In this document: positions 61,295 to 64,000 of the stretch, one piece after another
How positions within the stretch are numbered: the first letter of the stretch is position 1
Layout: each line of letters begins with the position of its first letter
NCBI RefSeq assembly: GCF_001194135.2
Contig: NC_068989.1
Location: forward strand, 2,714,244 to 2,778,243
Direction: 5' to 3'
Source of the DNA: Octopus bimaculoides
Taxonomy: Eukaryota
DNA length: 64,000 nt
The notes under the pieces: model-generated
Told to the model about the DNA's origin: nothing
The model's database searches: none
What the model saw: only the letters and a program-made list of their open reading frames with translations
Program-made: the position numbers and the translations under genes

Positions 61295-62242
61295 AGCTCA
61301 TAAATAGATAAAAAAATAAATAATAAATGAAAATAAAATAAAATAGGGAAGAACAAGCATTTGTGAATCAAGTGTGATCAAAGAAAGAACAGTGACAGAA
61401 TATTTAAGCAACCATCACAAGACTCTATATTTAAATTCCTAGTAATATAATCATAAAAATAAAAATAATAATAGTTGCTCAATCGATACATCTTAGTAAA
61501 AATTTCACTGGAGACAACTATAATCAACCATGTAAGAATCAAACAGATAAAGCAGATAATCCTGAGAGTAAATTAGCTTTGGAAATATATTCTCAATTGC
61601 AGTTACTGAGATCATATTGGAAATACTTATTTTTCCATCAGATATGATAATGGAAGCACTCTTTGAATTCAGAGTTATTTTAATGAGAAATTACATACAT
61701 AGGTATTTTGGTTTGCAAAAATACCAAGAACAAATGATTTCATAAATTAGAAATGAAGCGCAAAATGGGAAATGGCCTCAAACTGCTCCCATTAATTTCC
61801 ACAAATCCTGATTTTCATCAGCTCTTCCAAAGACGAGGGGGTAGAAAATGTATAATATACAATACGTTGGGTCTATTATATTTGGAAATGGTATAAACCC
61901 TATTCTCTGCTACACCTACATCTATCTCACATTAGTAACTTAGATCTTTTTAATTGAGGGGAGTAAAAAAAATTCTTTCAGTCAATTGATATGAGATTTT
62001 ATTTAGAATTTTAGTCGCATGACACGCTTTAGAATTTTAGTCGATTGTATATACCTTCTTGATAGGCCATTCTATATAGTTGCATTTTTATTTGCATATA
62101 TATTTTTAACCTTCTGCGTTTTTTTATATATGTATTCTTTATATGTTAAAAGCCATGGAAATATTTATATATGATCAAATGTATGGAAGCTTGTGGTGTT
62201 ATATAAAGTCATTGACTCGAATTTGATGTTTGTTCTCTAATC

Positions 62243-62247
<5 letters not shown>

Positions 62248-62286
<39 letters not shown>

Positions 62287-62745
62287 NNNNNNNNNNNNNN
62301 NNNNNNNNNNNNNNNNNNNNNNNNNNNNNNNNNNNNNNNNNNNNNNNNNNNNNNNNNNNNNNNNNNNNNNNNNNNNNNNNNNNNNNNNNNNNNNNNNNNN
62401 NNNNNNNNNNNNNNNNNNNNNNNNNNNNNNNNNNNNNNNNNNNNNNNNNNNNNNNNNNNNNNNNNNNNNNNNNNNNNNNNNNNNNNNNNNNNNNNNNNNN
62501 NNNNNNNNNNNNNNNNNNNNNNNNNNNNNNNNNNNNNNNNNNNNNNNNNNNNNNNNNNNNNNNNNNNNNNNNNNNNNNNNNNNNNNNNNNNNNNNNNNNN
62601 NNNNNNNNNNNNNNNNNNNNNNNNNNNNNNNNNNNNNNNNNNNNNNNNNNNNNNNNNNNNNNNNNNNNNNNNNNNNNNNNNNNNNNNNNNNNNNNNNNNN
62701 NNNNNNNNNNNNNNNNNNNNNNNNNNNNNNNNNNNNNNNNNNNNN

Positions 62746-62792
<47 letters not shown>

Positions 62793-62915
62793 TCTATATA
62801 TATATATATACATATATCTATACCTATGTATACATATAGATATCTATATATCTCTATACATACATCTAACTATATGTATATATACATATATCTATCTATA
62901 CACACACACACACAT
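62248..62915. repeat. (TA)n microsatellite with a ~460-nt N-gap, decaying into TA/CA-rich repeats
   Basis: Direct reading. It explains the spurious YIYIYI ORFs. Confidence 0.95.
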
Positions 62916-63856
62916 TACCTCTATTTATACACCCACCCGCTCATACACAAACAACTAGAAAGTTGAGCAAAAACAAAACAAAAATAAACAAAAAACGTCA
63001 AAAATGTCCAAGTGAATTGAGAAGCACATTTTGGGGGAAAATGAGAAGGGTATGAAGTTAAAACATTGCCATTCTAGCAAGGTTTCTCTTCCATTCAGAG
63101 AGAGAGAGAGAAAGAGAGAGAGAGCAATTGAAAATTAATCAAGCTCACACTAATTTATGGAAGAAAATTATTAACAATAATAATAATAATCTCATATCTG
63201 CTATACTTAATGTCTTCGTAGTATTCCTCGAAATTACATTTCTCCAGTATTTCCCAATAATAAAATTAAAATGCATTAATTATATTTTTAAAATAATCTC
63301 CTCGAGAATAATATATATTTATATATATATATATGTATAATGCATTGTCTTTCCTATCTGCAATTTATACTTCACTATACAATGTAGCAGAAAAGTCTGA
63401 CAAAATATAATAAAATAAAACTGCAGAAAAAGAAACAAGACACCTAAATACATAAAAACAGCAGCATACAAAATCCAATATATTCAATAGACCCTACAAG
63501 CAGCATCCACAGAGCTGCCAAATGCATTCTTACATATAATTTCTTTTGCCTATATTAAACAGCCAACTGCAATAATTTTTACCTTGCTTTTCCTTCTTCT
63601 CTTTCTCTCCTGCAACTACCACCACCACCACTACCACTACCACAGCCATCTTCTTCCTACCTTTACAATTTGTGTTTCTGTTTATTTTACTGTTGTTGCT
63701 GTTGTTGTCCCTTAATTCCCTCCTCCCCACCACCACCACCACTTTTTGTTTTCCAACTCTTTATCTTATATATTTATTTCTTCTGACAAGCCAAGCAGAA
63801 ATTCCAGTTTCCTAGCATCAATACACACACACACACACACATATATATACATATAC

Positions 63857-63888
<32 letters not shown>

Positions 63889-64000
63889 ACAACGGTGGTG
63901 TTATTACTATTATTATTGCTGTTGTTGTTGTGTCACAGGCAAAAATGTGTTGGCAACCATCTTTTATCAGATGAGCAGTTTTCTTTCTTTTCATTGATTT

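Noticed and set aside
62230-62966. Long YIYIYI/X ORFs
   Set aside because: Artefacts of (TA)n plus the N-gap.

Overview
AT-rich, microsatellite- and SINE-dense animal genomic DNA with several N-gaps. The repeat families and composition suggest a coleoid cephalopod such as Octopus (inference, not verified). The window holds one large minus-strand gene, the SWI/SNF (BAF) subunit SMARCD/BAF60. I traced 16 GT-AG coding exons by hand from 59352 to the stop at 9603; they are phase-consistent and give 480 aa. The 12-codon first exon is less certain than the rest. The introns hide at least four frame-preserving cassette-exon candidates with canonical splice sites: 78 nt poly-Ser, 33 nt and 39 nt in the N-terminal phase-1 intron, and 42 nt just after the SWIB domain. 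There is also a weaker 45-nt candidate and a 29-nt candidate poison exon. Just upstream of the first coding exon is a composite repeat with a tRNA-like head, a degenerate Penelope-type minimal hammerhead ribozyme and ~60-bp inverted arms. The first 8 kb is a graveyard of decayed elements: RTE LINE, R4/Dong-like RT, mariner, hAT, Penelope-like and a foldback MITE. Several intronic inverted-repeat structures could form dsRNA. No rRNA, intact tRNA gene or CRISPR array was seen. Repeat boundaries are approximate; exon boundaries were counted to the base.
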